NCBI RefSeq assembly: GCF_006345805.1
Contig: NW_021836048.1
Location: 1-25,679 of the forward strand
Source: Octopus sinensis
Taxonomy: Eukaryota
Reading direction: 5' to 3'
DNA: 25,679 nucleotides
Part shown: in pieces, positions 9,299-22,245 of the stretch
Position numbering within the stretch: the stretch's first letter is position 1
Layout of the letters: every line of letters starts with the position of its first letter
Translations under genes and position numbers: made by a program
The notes under the pieces: generated by a model
The model's input: the letters and a program-made list of their open reading frames with translations, nothing else
Databases searched by the model: none
What the model was told of the DNA's origin: nothing

Positions 9299-9325
9299 TT
9301 TGAACCAATATTTTGGAAAATCTAC

Positions 9326-9944
9326 GGGAAGGTAATTGCTGATTGTTATTATTCGAGACAGAATGTGTAATTTCACTTTTTTGGAGAGGACACATTTTTT
9401 GGGGTTACATTTTTTGGGAGGTTAAATGTTATAGTATCTATATTACGAATTTATAAATTCATGAATGGAAGTAGTGAAATAAAATATGAAGAGAGTTGGC
9501 TGTGCGCCCCTGAATTAAAATATTTACAAAATTGTTTATGCGTTCATATTCAAGCAGGGTTGAATATAGTCTCTTTATTTATTTGTTCTTGAATAGAGAT
9601 TGCTTCCTTGCATTGGTAGATGGTGAAAATCGTGAAATTTGGTTAGAGATTCCTCGCACATTTCTCTATTTGTTCGCTCAATGGCATCTGTCATGCCTTT
9701 GGAAACGAATTTCATTCTTGACTGTTTTAATCAAAATATCAAAGAGTAGGAGTTGCTTTTTCCTGTACTCCCTGGTAAAAAAATAGGGATTTATAGAATA
9801 TGATAGTGATAATTCATAACTTCGTGACACAAAAATTTTATAGTTACTCTCCGAAAGAGTGTGAGCCACAAAAAATTGTTCCCCTGCAAAAGAGTGCAAT
9901 AACCTCCATTGTCCCGAATGATAACAATCACCAGTTACCTCCCC
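9326..9944. mobile_element. Non-autonomous TIR element (MITE-like), ~620 bp, long degenerate TIRs
   Basis: 9326-9400 pairs with the reverse complement of 9870-9944 (gggaaggtaattgctgattgttattattcgagaca vs ggggaggtaactggtgattgttatcattcgggaca); weaker pairing extends to ~105 bp. Confidence 0.75.
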
Positions 9945-9968
9945 TATCTATCTATCTATCTATCTATC
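9945..9968. repeat. (TATC)6 microsatellite
   Basis: Direct reading. Confidence 0.95.
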
Positions 9969-10166
9969 GACTGACGTGCTGTCACATCGGCTCCGAAGGT
10001 AATCATTTATTTTGACTATATATAGCCCATATTTTGTTTACATTTTTGTAAATAAGGTGTGTAAAGCACCCAACTTTCGTTTGAGTGCTTTTCCAAGGGA
10101 GGAATTAGCCCCTAGGGGCAGTTTCACCCCTAATTATATTGTATATTTTTCTTCTCGACAATAAAA

Positions 10167-12077
10167 ATGTCGAGGAATTTTATTGTAGAACGCTGGTCGA
10201 ATTCCTTTATGGACCAGCATTTTCCTAGCCTTGAAACGCTAGGAAAAAAAAAGAACTTATGCACGCACACACAATCGACAAAGACAAACCTGAGTGACGT
10301 GGAAGTGAACGCTACAACCACTTTCGGTAACAGCCCTGTCACCACCACCACCACCACCACCACCAACATAAATGATAAAAATGAAACTCACGAAAATACT
10401 ATTAACAAAAACAACAACAAGAAGAACAACAACAACAAAAATGAAATAAATATTTTATCATCTAATAGTGAAGATATTAATATAACAGAATCAACAGTAC
10501 CTGAAAAAACCACGTCCAAGAATATTTCGGATAAAACAACAACAAAAACACACAACGACAACAACTGCCAGAATATAACAGTAAATTTCGCTGACACCCT
10601 GCGTCAGAAAAAAGAAATAATAAAATTTATGAATGAAGAGTTAATAGAAACGAGGGCACTCTTTACAACCCAAGGCAGGATTTAGTGCTGCATACACCTC
10701 AACACATAAAGGAACAAATAGAAAATAAGACAATTATTATAAAAATTATAAAAAAAACAAAAAACAAAATGAACAGATTACAAAACAGACATAGAAAAGT
10801 GTTTAAAAAACATAATGAAAAAAAAGAATTTATAAACTGGGGTCCCCAATTTAATACAGTGGTGGTCCGCTTCCCTAACCAGGAAGTGGCAAAAATTCAC
10901 TCTACGGAATCTTTGCATCATGATACCATATTACAAAGGCCAAAGACTGAGCAAAATTAGCATAAAAAATGTACCACCGGAGATACCTGACAAATGGATA
11001 ACGGGAGCGATATGTTACCATTTAAAAACTATAAACATTTTAGAGATTGCCGTATACAAAAACGACAATTGGGGTTGTAAATCAATAGAAGTCAGCATCC
11101 AGATTGATGGGTCCTCTATCGAGAAACTTCCTAATAAGATTCTTTTAGAAAATGGGCAAAGCCTATATGTTGTGGCAGAAGGCAAAATGCCAAGATGCTA
11201 CAACTGAGGCAGCCCAGAACATTTAATTGCAAAGTGCGTTCTGGGACAGAAAAAACAAGACAGAACAAATCAGAAAACAAATAAAAAACCTTTGTTGCCG
11301 ACACAAACACCAACACACTCAATTATGGAACAATGCCAAGAAAAACAACAAACCAGCAAACAAACCCCAACAACATCACCAAGAAAAGAAACAGCACCAA
11401 CACAATCACCGTTGATGTCGCAACCAATTCAACATACTGAAACAAGACCAAAAGATAGACCAACACCAGCACCAAGGACGGCAACTAAAAAAGCAGAAAA
11501 CAGTGACAAGAAGACAAATTCTACCCCTAACACCACAACAACACAAACACCGCACAAAACATCAATAATTTCTACAAACATACATATTAATGCAAATACT
11601 TTGCCTTTACCCCCTTCTGATTCGTCGGACTCGTCGTCCAACGTTGAAAGTTCGATGGAATGGAAAAATAGTCACAAGGGGTAAAAGGAAAAGATCAAAA
11701 AAGCCCACCAAACAAGTAAGTAAAGCAGGGAAATATTTAACTCCGGACAGCATCCCTTTAGACAATCAAAAACTCAATGACCCCGCAAAACCACACACAC
11801 AACTAACAGCAATAGACACAGACAATAAAATCTAACGGATTACATTGCATCCAACACGAACATCTGTGAAGATGACTTTAAGACAAATAATCATCCACGC
11901 ACCACACCACCGAAACACATAAGAATTGTGCACATAACACAAACACAACACCATATCCTGAAAACCATATTTCCAAATGCGGTCGGGGGGTTTCAGAGAT
12001 ACCTATCAAAAAAACTATTCAAACACCTCCTCAAAGACACTACAAAGATGAAGAAAAAACTTAAACTTTCGAAATGA
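10167..12077 (+). pseudogene. LINE ORF1 (gag-like, CCHC knuckle), disrupted
   Basis: ORF pieces 10167-10685, 10685-10960, 10920-11207 and onward; CYN*GSPEHLIAKC at 11196-11237 (CX2CX4HX4C with second Cys replaced by TGA); Thr/Asn-rich low-complexity segments. Confidence 0.75.
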
Positions 12078-12151
12078 GTAAGTGACATTCCCTCTTGCCT
12101 CTTGTCTCTTCCAATGTAGTGTGTGAAACACAAATTTCTTAAACGTCAATT

Positions 12152-14547
12152 ATGCTTAAATTAGGTTGTGTGAATGCGCGTGGCTTGGCGTCGGCTTGGA
12201 AACAAGGTCACCTTCTAAACGACATCAAGTCACTGAACGTGGATATAGTAGCTATCAGTGAAACCAGACTCAGTAAGCCACGGGCCCTCGCGTCCATGTT
12301 TGGCGATCAATTCGACATTTATTTTTCTCCCTGTCTGCCGAACATGGGTGGTGGAGGTACCGCAGTGCTTTTTCGAAAGTGTCTAAATGTAAAAGTAAGA
12401 ACAATATTCCTAGACCCGGAGTGTAGGCTGGTTGTCTTGGACGTGGATGGCAGAAATGGGTGTGCATTCCGTCTGATGGCAGTTTATGCACCGTCCTTAA
12501 CGGGTCGGGCGGATTTCTTCAGACGTCTAGAGGTTTTCCTGGGTACGTCTAGACCTTTACTGTTAGTAGGGGATTGGAACGCTACCTTGGACACTCATCT
12601 AGATTATGTGGGAATGGATAGGAATAGAAGGGGGTGTAAGTGCCTCAAAGACCTACTCAGACGTTTCCATTTGTCTGACAGGTTCCGACTTAACCATCCA
12701 AACGTGCCAACGTAGACTTGGACAAACCGCGTCGGATTGTCGAGATCTTATCTAGATAGAATTCTATGCAGGACAGCGGGTAGGGATAGTGTTGGATGTC
12801 CACAATTTAAAATAGTCAGCTACACAGATCACAAATTTGTGACGTGTACGCTCGACTTAGATAAGACACATAGACAGGGTCCCGGCTACTGGAAACTGAA
12901 CACGTCGCTGTTAGCGCGGCAGATTTACAGGAACCGGATTAGCGAGTTAATTAAGAGGGCGCTGGCGGGAGCCATCGTTAACAACCGCTGGTGGTTCGAC
13001 CTGAAAATGGCAATAAAATCGGAATCAATTAGGTTTAGCAAGGAATTAGCAATAGATCGAAACAGAGTAGAGGGAGACCTGGTTAAGAAACTAGAAGAGG
13101 CACTTACCACTGGCAGCGCAACCAACGTGCTGGCTTCGAGGATGGCCCTCGACCAACACCTCAACGCCAAGCACGAAGGTTGCGTCGTCAGAGCTAAAAT
13201 GCGTGCCTTAAGGAACGAAGTGATCGAAACTGCGCGACAGGCCCGGGTAGCGGAGGCGCAGCGTGGCAACAGAGCAACGATTCGGTCTCTAATAGATCAA
13301 CACGGATGCAGTTTACTCGAACCCGAAAGGATGTGTGAGGCCTTTCAACAGCACTTTGCTCGACTGTTTGGTGCGAGTGGTGGGTCGGAACGCGAGATGG
13401 ATTTCATTGCCTACCTGACCGACCTACCGCGGCTCTCGGCAAGAGAAGCGGAGTGTTGTGAAAATCTCATCACAGCCGCTGACGTGCGGGATGCGATGGC
13501 GGGCTGCGCGAGGGATAAGTCGCCTGGTTTGGATTGTTTACCCTACGAGCTGTTTTGTGAAATGCCAGACTTGTTTGGCGACCTCTTGGCATCAGTCTAC
13601 TGCAACTGGCAACAAAACGGGAGAACCCCGGTTTCGTGAGCCGAGGTGCAGTGACGTTGCTGAAGAAAGATCAAAACAAGGGGAATTTTATAGATAATCT
13701 CAGGCGCATCAATCTGCTCAACGCAGATTTGAAAGTTTTGGCCAAAGTAATAGCCGAGAGGTTGGCACTTGTCATTGGTAAACTGGTCGGCAGGGCGCAA
13801 ACATGCGCCGTGCCGGGCAGAACCATACACGACAACCTCCATCTGATGCGCTACATTGTGGACAGGGTAGTTAAGGATACTGGCATGGGTGGGGCGCTGA
13901 CCAATTTGGATCAGGGTCGACCATCGGTAGTTGGCGGCCGTCCTCAGGGCGGCTGGCTTCGGTCCCGTCTTCCGCGGTTGGATCGCTGCCTTGTATAGCG
14001 GCATCCGATCGGTGATTCGGGTGAACGGTTATCTGTCGAAACCGTTTGACATCACGCGTTCACTCTGTCAGAGGTGTCCCCTATCGGCGCTTCTGTATGT
14101 ATTGACTCTCGAGCCGCTACTGCGGAAGCTGGCGACACTGAGGTGCATCCCACGGGAACTGGGTTGCGGGACGAGCGTGTCGACATATGCGGACGATGTC
14201 ACCGTCATAGTGTCGAGCGAAAAACACATCAAGATGATAGGCGAGACACTAAGAAAATAGGAAACGGTGACGGGAGCAAAGATTAACCCGGAAAATCAGT
14301 GGGTTTGCTACTCGGCACTTGGAGAAGCAAGCCCATGCCGTCTGACTGCGGCTCAGTAGTGGGACCCTGGACGGACGGACCGGTTAAATTGCTCGAGGTC
14401 TGGTGGACGCGTCTGAAAGGACTGGAGACAAACACTTTCCTCTCTGGTCAATCTCTCATCAACTTCTTCAAGTACCACTTAAAGAGGAAAGTGAGAGTAG
14501 AGAGGCAAGTGATGGGTGAATGTAGCAAGGATGGCACGTATGAATGA
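12152..14547 (+). pseudogene. LINE ORF2 (APE endonuclease plus reverse transcriptase), disrupted
   Basis: MLKLGCVNARG, AISET, VYAP, VGDWN, SYLDRI, TDH, GYWKLN, SPGLD, NLRRINLLNADLK and YADD motifs. TAG at 12713-12715, frameshifts near 13630, 13912 and 14295, stop at 14258-14260, large deletion near 14400. Confidence 0.92.
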
Positions 14548-14948
14548 CGAAGCCACCTTGACTATGATCCTATGAACCGTAAAAATTAAGACAGAGTGTA
14601 GCTTATTTGTAAAAAAAAAATAACATGTGACTTCATTGACCGAGGTTACCGTGTTCTTTTCCGTAGGCTATTCTTTCCACAGGTAAACCTCACCTCTCCT
14701 CCCCTTTACACTTTATATTGACATTTCTGTGATAACGATCCCTATTGATCAATTTTTTTTCCTTTATCTTACTTTTCCTTTCCTTTTTTTTTATTTTATC
14801 CTCCTCCCCCTTTTTTGTTCACTTTCTTTCAATTTACGATCCCTTTTGATCGAAAACCAAACGCCCCCTTTTTTACCCCCGAAAGAAAAGCTCTACCTTG
14901 TAATTTTCTCCTGTCTGTGTGCAGCCCTGTGTGGCCAATAAAGAAACA

Positions 14949-15060
14949 TATCTATCTATATATCTGTCTGTCTGTCTGTCTGCCTCTCTGTCTGTCTCTC
15001 TCTATACCTGACAGTCTGTCTCTTTATGTGACTGTTTCTCCATCTGCCGGTCTGTCTGTC
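14949..15060. repeat. (TATC)/(TGTC)/(TC)n compound microsatellite
   Basis: Direct reading. Confidence 0.85.
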
Positions 15061-16124
15061 TGAAGAAGAGGAAATTCCATCACGTGTTACATGAACCTGG
15101 TACCAAGCGTGACACCCACTGCTGCCTTAACAGCCTCCCTGACACGGCAGATGTAACCTGCGATGGCAACATAACATTCGTTTCATTTGATGAACTTTAT
15201 CATCCAACAAATGGCAAGGTTTCTTTTTGCTCCCCAACTTTTAGAAAGCCGTTTCATATACATTATGGACGGGAGACACTATCTCTAACCCTCGCGCTTC
15301 ATCCATTCTTCCTCTTGTCTCATTTCAGCAAAAGCTTCTTTTTTTTTACTTTTGCTGGGATCGAAATTTTGCTTTCTTTACACCCGAAGAAGGAAGGGAA
15401 ACAACTAAATTGGGCCATTATTCATGGGAGGCAACTCTTAATATTCTTTTCCCCTCTCCTCTTGTCATGACGGGACGTAACTCTGTTTAAACTATTCAAT
15501 TTTTATTTTACAAAGAACGTTCATTTTAGGCTAAATTTAAGATAACGCCAATTACGTCACAGAAACGAGAATTTTGTTTTTGTTTTTTTAATGTAATAGC
15601 ACAAAATGTGTTATTTTATGTCCAGCTTCACGAAAGTTCTTAGTTCGCGTGGAATTTGTGTTGGTGATTTGTAGAGAAATTGAAGACGAAGATTTATTGA
15701 CTACAGTGTGAGAAGCAATAAACTGGCATGTATGTCACAGACTGAGGCAGTTGTCCACGTTATGTTCTTATAAACTCTGGCTGGTTGTAAAGCATGTTTT
15801 CCGACAGCAACTTCCTTGTTTTCTATGTCCTGAAGCAAGTGTGTTGTGTCTCGAAATGATTGATCTTCTTAAGGTTGAAGTTTATCAATGGTCTAAAATG
15901 TTAGAGGCTCACGCGCATGAACGTTGCCTACACATTCTGCGGATAAACATTCTCTCCTATACCTTATGAACACTCCAGGGTTTCTTTCTATTCCTGTCAT
16001 CTGTTTTGTTTTTTTTCTTTTCATACTGATTCACAATTTGTGTCAGTCAAAATAATAATGAAATCCCCAGAGTTGTTGTCCGGCAGGTTTACTCCCCTCT
16101 TTTGACTTATGTAATGATTCTCGT

Positions 16125-16262
16125 GTCACTATTACACAGACTGGAGGCGTTGCAAAGCATCCTGCGCGAGCTAGGATGTGAGAGATGTGTGTCGGTATAT
16201 TCCAACGACATCACGTTAATAGTGTCGGATCATAAACACATAGAAATGATTCGTAGCGCATA
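16125..16262 (+). mobile_element. Short Tx1-type RT fragment
   Basis: LLHRLEALQSILRELGCERCVSVYSNDITLIVSDHKHIEMI aligns with LLRKLATLRCIPRELGCGTSVSTYADDVTVIVSSEKHIKMI near 14115-14240. Confidence 0.75.
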
Positions 16263-17571
16263 ACATGTATTACGACTACCAGAAGTTACGAAATTTTGCA
16301 AATGTAAAATATGACTATTTTGTTCGGGATACAGACAGTAATTTCGCTCTTACCGTACTCGCATTGCGGAGTTCTAAGATCGCTAAGTATTAACACTACT
16401 TTTTCTTCTTTGTTAGAGTCCATTTGCAATTTTCTTTAGTCAAAATATACAGCTTACGATTTGAAAAAGTATCGTCATGTGACACCCATACATGCATACA
16501 TGTTACGTACATTTAAACATAAATATAACATGTCGATATAAACATGTATATATGAAATAGAGTTTCTGAGAGTAGAGTGATGGGAAGTTTAAAAAAGCAA
16601 AATACTTTTTTGCTAAAGAAGATGTAAATGAAATTCACTCCGTATTCAAAACATTAACAACGGATTTTTTTATATTTTAACTTTACGCAATTATTATGAT
16701 GCAAATTTGAACGAACGCGAAATTGTTCGTTTTGGTTTCTTTCTCATTCTAATTCATTTCTCAGAGTTTTAGCTAAAACACTCCGAAAATTTTATCAACG
16801 TACATCACGAGTGTCAATCGTTTACTGAGTTGTATAACCTGTTTTGTTTACATATTTAGAAAACAATAATCCGACCCGATTATGGTTTTACAACGAAGAA
16901 CAAAGCTAGAAGTTCCCAGGAAGTCTACAATAATGGAAAATTTAGATGACACCAAGGAAATGAATTTGAACCGGTTTACAAATGTTACGATTGCTGCCAA
17001 AATGTTTTGACAAATATAAGCAGACAAAAAATGGTTTTTACTTTCTTAAATTCTTTTATTTTGAATTTGGCATTTGACTTCCATGTCGCCCCAAAACTAA
17101 ACATTTGAAACAGCATAAAACGCAATCATGTATCCATGGTGGTGAATATTTCTTAGAAGTCTGTGTCTAGCGCTGAAAAATTATCACGTCCTAAATTTCA
17201 AAGAGATTATGGGTTTTCGTAAGACCCATGGTGAAAGTCAATAACATATCGCACAACACCACTAAAATACTCACTTACAAAGCGAAGTAATCCAGAGACA
17301 AGCAACAGCAAATGATCCATGTTGGCAATGAAGCAGTTTTTATTTCGAAATTTCATTTGCCTAAAAAGATTTCGAAGCAAAGACATAAATATTGAATGAC
17401 ATTTGTGAGTTCATCTGTCCCTTAACAGGTATCCTTTTTTCCCCTGCGGAGTAGCCAACATCCTTACCATACACGTGCGTATATGTTTGCCGACTGAACG
17501 ACCGGGGAACTTAACTATGGTATGTCTATAGCAGCATTACCGACACCTTTGGCTCTCAATGACAACATTAT

Positions 17572-17861
<290 letters not shown>

Positions 17862-18990
17862 GTCTCCTTCAGAAGACACACGTGTTATCAAGCGCTGTTT
17901 GTATTGATGAAAACATTCATGGAACTCGTTTTCTGGGATAAACAGCCTCATTGCATTCACTTTGGTTCTCTGTCCTGAAATCTTCATCCTTTCAAGCACG
18001 ATTTGACTTTTGGAAAGAGGAATAAATCGCAAGGGGCGACATCTGGGAACACCATGGCCGTTGGACGTGTGGAATGCTGTGCCTAGCCAAAAACCGCTTC
18101 ACAACTTGCGCTGAATAGGCAGGTGCGTTGTCATGGTGCAAATGCTACAATCCGAATGCATCCAAGTGTGACATTTTCCTAATAATAGCAGCCTGGAAAC
18201 GCAGCAGAACGTTGCCGTAGTACCCCTTCTTTACTCTCTGACCAAATGGAGCATATTCATGATGAACAATCCGCTTGTATTGTTGTCGAAGAAAACTGTC
18301 AACAATGTTTTCACATTGTCTCGGAGAAATTGAATGTTTATCACTACAAAGACGGAGCCATTGTTTCGGAGTCATAGCCATACACACAAGATTTATCACC
18401 CATTATGACAATTTTCAAAACGTTTTCATCGTTCATGAGACAATCAAGGAGTTTTTATGCAACTAAAACCCGAGTGTTTTTCGTCAGCGGAAAGCAGTTT
18501 TGGCTCAAACTTGGCAGACACGCGTCTCATACCCAAATTTTCAGTGAAAATAGACTGAACTGAGCCGTATCTATTCTGCTCGTCCTCTGATAACTCACAG
18601 ATGGTGATTCGAAAATGTCCTTTCACAGCTGCACGCACATCCGCGATGTTTTTCTCAGTTTTACTGGTTTCTGACCTTCCAGAACGTTCGTCGTTATCGA
18701 CACAATTTCAGCCATCTTGGAAACGTCTGAACCATTTGTACACTTTTGTGCAACTCATGCATGTCTGCCTCTCTAAACTCTTTCTGGAACTTGGAACTTT
18801 GCGTAGGCTTCTGGACTGGTATCACCAAGCTTTTGGTAACATTTTATGCACATTCTCTGCTCAAATTTCTCTGTCATGTTCAATTCGGCGATCACGCGCT
18901 ACACGCATTAATTCCAAGTACTTCTGTAAGCACCGAATGTGAACTAGAACATTAAACATTAGTACGTGTGCACACCTAAGTTTAAGGTAA
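17862..18990 (-). mobile_element. Decayed mariner (DD34D-type) transposon
   Basis: Minus strand from ATG 18877: MTEKFEQRMCIK...VYKWFRRFQDG...DERSGR...LGMRRVSAKFEPKLL...IMGDKSCVYGYDSET...HHDNAPA; many frameshifts; TIRs not identified and right boundary approximate. Confidence 0.85.
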
Positions 18991-19361
18991 AGGTGTGCCG
19001 AGCGGTTTTACTCTGCATACTTTAGCTTCGTTACCATGTCAATCGTTATGTTATGGACATATCCATTCAAAATCGATAAAACATAGTAATTTGTGCGTGG
19101 TGTGTGCATACAGCTTGATACGCCAATAGACTTCCAACTGGTTTTTGATTGGACAGTTGAATGCGCGTGCACATTTGCAGGCGGTCTGTATGACTCAGCA
19201 CATTTTTGTGTTTTGCGAAGACGCGTTATCATGTGTTTTGGCTTTCAAACGCGCACGATTTTTTGATTTGAGAAATGCAGGGAATAATTAACGAGTTAGA
19301 CCAAGTGAATGACAAGAGAGCGAGATTTTCATGAAAGACCAAATATGCTTGACTAGTACTA

Positions 19362-19390
19362 GACCCGGGAACGCTGGGTCATAGTGCTAG
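19362..19390 (+). mobile_element. Helitron 3' terminus (hairpin plus CTAG|T)
   Basis: gaccc-gggaacgct-gggtc then atagtgCTAGt; similar to the 8900 terminus; 5' end not located. Confidence 0.55.
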
Positions 19391-21039
19391 TTTAATTATA
19401 TGATGATTTCCAGTTACATTCGTTAAAGTCTACACAAAATAATGCCCCCTCCATGCACAGTGTATTGGGGACTACGTTATATGAGGTATTATCTGTTGAC
19501 ATTTTATCAAGTGCTACATGTTCTAACGCGTTTCGGTAGAGGTGTATCTTGGAGTACATCATCTAGAATATTCTTTACACATAGCCTATTTAGGAATTCA
19601 ATATTAAAGGCTTCTCTCTGCCGCAGTGTTTGTTGGACAAAAATTAGGTAATATTTTTTCGAAACAGTAGATTTAGGACGATTTTATCTAAGTTGACATT
19701 CACATGCATTTTCTCTAGTACGACCTAATTCATGCGCGTTTTAGACATGATACACCATGGACTACACATTTAAATGCGCCTACTGCATAATTTATTTGAT
19801 ATTCTTAATACCGTATTGTTGCCATATTCTTACCCTCTCTCAAGTATCTCACATAAATTCACCATTAACTTATTTTATTTCAACAGTAACGACAGCATTG
19901 ATTTCATTAAAGACTATGACACGTTTACTCTAACGAAAAGAAGAGACAAACGTATTTTAGAATACTCATAACTTTAATGTTCTTTTAGTTAATACAACAG
20001 TTGCTGTTTAAACGTAGTTTTCCTCGAAATTTGACAATAAGCGACATGTAAAAGAAATTGTGATAAAAGGTTTGAAAAATCATTAAAAGAATAAGAAGAA
20101 TAAGGAGAATGAATTCCCCATTTAACAAATTCATGATGATTATTTATTTTCCTCTATAATACATATATTTAAAAGGTAGGTTGCATAGGGGCGTTACGTC
20201 ATGTCCTCTCCAGAAAAATCTTGCAAAGCAAGCGCATCGAGCCCTAAAAAGAAAGACAAGAGAATAAATGAGACAGTCATGTTTTCAAGAAAGAGCAATG
20301 GTTATATCAAATATAAAAGTTAAATAAAAATTATTTAGTGTGGCTTTTAGTTGTGTGCGGTGCGTGTTATGCACGAAGGATATTATGTGTGGATTGGTAT
20401 ATGTATATTGTTTGTTGTGTATTTTGTGTATTTTGTGCGTGACGTATAGAATGTTAAGTGTAGAGCGTGATGTGCGTGTAGAGTGTCATGTGTGGAGCGC
20501 ATTATGTGAAGTATATTATGTGTGTATTATGTATATAGTTGTTGGTAAGGCAGCTAGCTATCAGAATCCCTACCAGGGTGCATAAAACGATTACTGACAT
20601 TTCCCGGGATTACACCCAGGACTCCTATGACATCCATTTTACCAATTCCGTGGTCCATACAATAAAATATCATTTGAGTACAGGGGGAAACGAAATCGAT
20701 TCACCACTAACGAAAAGTTTGGAGCCTGGACCCTATAGGGGTGTTTTCCAAATACCTGGGGCAAAGAAACGCATTGTATACATTGCTAGGCCATTAAAAT
20801 AAACACACCATGTTGTTCATCTACAAAGTCATGTGACAGAGAAAAAGGGGGAAAAGACAGAGAAAATAAAGAAAACAAAAAATAAAATTGTAAACCATGA
20901 AAATAAAGGGGCAAAAGGAAAAAAAAACATTCACAGCAACAATGCTCTTTTTAGTACGTGTCACGTGCCTGTGAAGTCAATCTTTTGCATGCATGGTCAC
21001 CCAGGGATCCTTCTTAAATAATTTTCAGTTCCTTTTCGA

Positions 21040-22245
21040 GATGGTCTGTTGTTTCGTAAACTGTATTGCAGAATGTGCATTTCGTGGGAGGTTTTTGTAA
21101 GCAAGCTTTGATCTTGTGCTGCCAATATGAAAACTTCATTCCCTGCTTTCAGTCCTGAGCGCTTCTCAGCCACTGATGGGTCGTTGCTTGGTCTAACTCA
21201 GCAGTTCGGCCTGGAAGTATATACTGTCCATGCAGAAGCTTCTGGCTCTACCGCACCTCAATTTGTTTTTTCCCGTTCTTTTTTTCAGACAGTTTGATCC
21301 GTTTTGCTTGTTTGATGAAAGTGGTTTCAGGTTCTTCATCTAATTCAGGGCCAATACCGAGTTCACAGGCGAATTTGCAAGCTTCCTTGACGATAGAATA
21401 CGATTCTTTTGCTTTCGTGTTTGCACACAAACCACAGCAACCAGTCCTTTGTACCAGATATGCAATTGTTCATTGTTACTGTGGAGGTCTTATAGCACTG
21501 TCCTACCTGCATCCTTCCACGTCCCTCATTACTTCTAGGTAGGTACAGACGATCAACGTCTACTTTTCAGTGGTGCATGTTCTTAGATGTTAGTAGTTTT
21601 CTTGTCTTTCTCTCCAGGCGTTACAACTCTGTGACACTACAGTTAATGATATTAAAACTGTATCGAACTACTGGAAGTGCCAGGGTGTTAATGCCTTCGA
21701 TGCGATTTTCAGAGTTGACTTCAGTTTTTAGTATGAGTCTTACTCTCCTGTAATACTTCTGTCTTATCTTCTTCTTTCAATGCATCATGTTGTGGATCAT
21801 CTTCGTTTATCCCCGAGTAATTATAGCTTTCTTGTGCGTTAAATTCCTTGATGGTAGTGTCGCTATCTTAATTAATTGAAGTTGTTTGCTTGAACTTGCC
21901 ACTTATAAAGGTTGCTGTAGAACGCTGATCAAGGACAAAATCGAACCCGATGTCATTGCCGAACTCTTTAACTGTTGTTAACAGCCCTACTAGTTCTTCG
22001 CCATTTCTTGAAAACAGCTTCAGATCATCCATATAAAACACATCGTTTACTATAATATTATACACTTTGAACCCATCCCTGGTGTTACTCAGTTCGTTTT
22101 CGAGGGAATCACCTTGAAAGATGCCTTGTTTGATGTTGATGCTGTTAGATTGGTTCATTCCATTACTATAGTTTAGGAGACGTGTATTCAACATGGCTAT
22201 GCCACCGTTTAATAATTTGGAGATGAAATGGTGATATGGACTGAG
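21040..22245 (-). mobile_element. R4/Dong-clade LINE segment (RT through zinc knuckle), decayed
   Basis: IKQGIFQGDSL, FYMDDLKLF, YYRRVRLILKTEVN, INTLALPVVRYSF, DVDRLYLPR, ILAAQDQSL and CTFCNTVYETTDHL. Confidence 0.88.

Larger units (their letters stand above)
9969..14948 (+). mobile_element. Near-full-length Tx1/L1-clade LINE, inactivated
   Basis: ORF1 with zinc knuckle, ORF2 with APE and RT, T-rich 3' UTR and AATAAA at 14937-14942. The 5' boundary is inferred from the end of the (TATC)6 run. Confidence 0.8.

Noticed and set aside
15084-15470. 128-aa ORF or possible transposase remnant
   Set aside because: No recognisable motif on either strand; cannot support a call.
16262-17230. Possible MITE with catg..ttacga ends
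   Set aside because: Inverted similarity is too short and gapped.
21248-21430. hAT-like transposase peptide
   Set aside because: It lies inside the continuous minus-strand R4 LINE sequence and is explained by it.
21470-21490. HCYCGG motif as a further exon of the Cys-rich gene
   Set aside because: It is antisense to LINE coding sequence with no suitable splice sites, and exon 3 at 8239 already completes the domain.
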